Assembly (NCBI GenBank): GCA_034439575.1
Contig: JAWXAQ010000005.1
Span: 32,001-96,000 of the forward strand
From: Leptospira sp.
GTDB lineage: Bacteria; Spirochaetota; Leptospiria; Leptospirales; Leptospiraceae
Reading direction: 5' to 3'
Length of the DNA stretch: 64,000 nt
Every line of letters starts with the position of its first letter. The stretch's first letter is position 1. Both the position numbers and the translations under genes were made by a program. The notes beneath the pieces are model-generated. The model saw only the letters and a program-made list of their open reading frames with translations, did not search any database and was not told the DNA's origin. Positions 61,896 to 64,000 of the stretch are shown piece after piece.

Positions 61896-62260
61896 TGGAT
61901 TTAAAAGATCTCGGATTACAAAATGATGATTATTTACCGAGTCGTTCCTCAGAAGAAATTGATCTTGTAGATGAAAAAGGAAATAGTTTTTTATGGGAAG
62001 TTTTTTATTCCTTTTCACTGAACGGAAATGAATATCTCGTTTTTATACCGACTTCTGAGGCAGAATATTATCTCGTGAATGTGGAGTTAGATGATCCTGA
62101 CTCGGATGTACCTGGTTATATTGTATTAAGACTTGGCAATGACGAGAACGGCGAAGAAATACTAGAAGAAATTATTGATCCAGATGAATTAGAAGAAGTC
62201 ACAGAATTTGTAGAAGATGAAATAGGATTCATTGGCCAATTTCTTAATCAGGGGGAATGA
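61895..62260 (+). CDS. Acidic DUF1292-like protein
   Basis: IDLVDEKG..EY..DPDE pattern; TAATG overlap with the HNH gene. Confidence 0.72.
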   Translation: MDLKDLGLQNDDYLPSRSSEEIDLVDEKGNSFLWEVFYSFSLNGNEYLVFIPTSEAEYYLVNVELDDPDSDVPGYIVLRLGNDENGEEILEEIIDPDELEEVTEFVEDEIGFIGQFLNQGE

Positions 62261-62669
62261 CAAGAGTTTCGCCCTTACAAACGATTTCATTCTTTTGATT
62301 CGTCCAAACGATTTTCATTCTTATCGCTTTTAGTTTTAAAATTTTTTCAATCACTTCCACCTTACATGTAATCGTATCACCAAAGAATACAGGTTTTCTA
62401 AATTTAGTATTCGTTTCTAAAGCCACAGTACCAAGACCTGGTAACTTCATCCCTAAAACAGGTGCTAGGAGTGAGGCCGCCAAACCACCATGTGCAATAC
62501 GTGTTCCAAATACAGTCGTCTTTGCATACTCTTCATCGGTATGAAGTGGATTAAAATCTCCACTGATTCCCGCAAAAAGATACACATCTGTTTCTGTTAT
62601 TGTTTTAGAAAAGGAAGCTGTTTCCTTTAGCACAATTTGTTCGTACGTTTTCCCTTTTTGATACATCAT
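62244..62669 (-). CDS. MaoC-family (R)-enoyl-CoA hydratase, PhaJ-like
   Basis: FAGISGDFNPLH, IAHG, LPG.G, F.KPV. Confidence 0.9.
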   Translation of the reverse strand: MMYQKGKTYEQIVLKETASFSKTITETDVYLFAGISGDFNPLHTDEEYAKTTVFGTRIAHGGLAASLLAPVLGMKLPGLGTVALETNTKFRKPVFFGDTITCKVEVIEKILKLKAIRMKIVWTNQKNEIVCKGETLVIPPD

Positions 62670-63907
62670 AACACTTGTTTCTTGGACTTTGGTTGGAATT
62701 CAAAATGGTATAGAATCCCTTGATTTTCCTCAGATTTAATTTCTATAATTCGACCTACCATTTGGCTACATAGAGAAAATATGACTGATAAACCGATACT
62801 TTCAGCACTCTGAATATCAAAACCTTTGGGAAATCCAATTCCATTATCAGAATATTGAAAATCCATTTTTTCATCATCAGCGATAGAAAGTTTTATTACT
62901 ATTTCTGCATTATGTTTATCTATAAACGCATGCCTTAGTGAATTGGTTAACATTTCTGTAAGCATTAAACCGAGGGGAATTGCCAAAGTTAAATTGAGAT
63001 CTTTAGAATCTACGATTTGAACAATTCGTATATCCATACGCATGTACATCAATTTAATATTTTCAACGAGGCTTTCTATATAATCATTTGCATTTAACCT
63101 AGAAAGATTTTTAGAACTATAAAGTTTTTCATGAACTAGGGCAATCGCCTTAATGCGAGCGATACTTTGTTCCAAAATAATAGCCGATTCCTTAGGTGCT
63201 GAATATGTTTGTAATTGTAAAAAGGATACAATTACAGCTAAATTGTTTTTAATTCTATGATGAACTTCTGTTAATAGAGTCTCATTTTCTTTTAATGAGA
63301 TTTCCAATAACTTTTGTTTCTCTATGTAGTCTGTAATATCAGTCGTGACGGCAATAGCTCTCCCTTCATTTTCTTCATAGTCAAAAAAATAAAGTCTGTT
63401 TTCAAGTCCCCACTTGATACGACCATCCGGAAACTTCAATCTGTATAAAATACCAGCTATATTTTCTGTTAAACGATTTGTCCATATATTTAACATTCGT
63501 TCATGGTCTTCTGGATGTAGCCTCTCCACTAATCGATTTGGTTCACGAATGATGGATTCCCTTGAATGTTCAAAAAATTTTGCCGTTTGATGAGAGATCA
63601 TCTCCACCTTCCAAGTGGAAGTATTAAAAACAATCACTGAGTCTTGGATCTCTTGTAGAATACTCTGATAAAGAAAATCCGCTTTCTTTTTTTCTTTTAA
63701 GGTTCTGTATTGACTGTCAAGTTCACGTTTAAGAAGTAAAAAAATGAGAATGGAAGAAATGGCGACATAGAACCAACCTTTATATGATTGAGCCATACGT
63801 ATTCTTTCCGAATCATGATTAAAAATCGAAAGTGCATAATCAGAAAAATATATCCATAACACTCCAAGTAACAAATAAAGTAAGGAAACTCGGAGGGCGG
63901 CTTTCAT
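62666..63907 (-). CDS. PAS sensor histidine kinase (HisKA_2 type)
   Basis: Two TM helices, PAS (HPED), EVHHRIKNNL, NSLRHAF, DNGIG, GL. Confidence 0.92.
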   Translation of the reverse strand: MKAALRVSLLYLLLGVLWIYFSDYALSIFNHDSERIRMAQSYKGWFYVAISSILIFLLLKRELDSQYRTLKEKKKADFLYQSILQEIQDSVIVFNTSTWKVEMISHQTAKFFEHSRESIIREPNRLVERLHPEDHERMLNIWTNRLTENIAGILYRLKFPDGRIKWGLENRLYFFDYEENEGRAIAVTTDITDYIEKQKLLEISLKENETLLTEVHHRIKNNLAVIVSFLQLQTYSAPKESAIILEQSIARIKAIALVHEKLYSSKNLSRLNANDYIESLVENIKLMYMRMDIRIVQIVDSKDLNLTLAIPLGLMLTEMLTNSLRHAFIDKHNAEIVIKLSIADDEKMDFQYSDNGIGFPKGFDIQSAESIGLSVIFSLCSQMVGRIIEIKSEENQGILYHFEFQPKSKKQVL

Positions 63908-64000
63908 TTAACTAAACTCTTGTAATGTGCTAAACCTAACATTTACAGTATTTTCTATCTCCTGACTCAATCTCTGATATCCTTTCCATAGGTCATCCAA
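63908..64000 (-). CDS. 3' end of a CDS entering from the right edge
   Basis: Open frame LDDLWKGY...LQEFS* whose TAA abuts the kinase ATG. Confidence 0.55.
   Translation of the reverse strand: MDDLWKGYQRLSQEIENTVNVRFSTLQEFS

Noticed and set aside
61599-62260. HNH + acidic protein as a toxin-immunity or defence pair
   Set aside because: Small stand-alone HNH and DUF1292-like proteins are common housekeeping genes; no delivery domain or defence context
1-64000. CRISPR arrays, IS elements, prophage, rRNA
   Set aside because: No regularly spaced repeats, transposase, integrase, phage or rRNA signatures found by eye

Overview
AT-rich chromosomal segment of a spirochete, almost certainly Leptospira and probably a saprophytic lineage (inferred from the hem operon layout, a HemR-type box and a spirochete-type EF-G1). 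It is mostly core genome: rnpB, msrB, a heme-biosynthesis cluster (hemA-hemC/D-hemA-hemC-hemB-hemL-hemE-hemN-hemG) converging on cysK-topA-hemH, fusA, tRNA-Arg(CCT)-prmC, mdh, thrB, etfBA, trpS, comEC, rsmA, rsmI, prmA and several signalling proteins. I saw no transposase, integrase, prophage or CRISPR array. The main oddities are: (1) a tandem, divergent hemA-hemC duplication in which each pair appears to have decayed in a different gene, with a perfect TGACA-N6-TGACA box only before the second pair; (2) a topA whose TOPRIM N-terminus can only be made from a non-canonical ATC start behind a GGAG Shine-Dalgarno; (3) comEC split by a -1 frameshift spanning an A7 slippery run; (4) a CCA-less tRNA-Arg abutting the prmC start codon; (5) a candidate cyclic-nucleotide module (deaminase-like amidohydrolase plus two cNMP-binding proteins); (6) an RNase P RNA lacking P18; (7) a full-length alkylglycerol monooxygenase-like protein.
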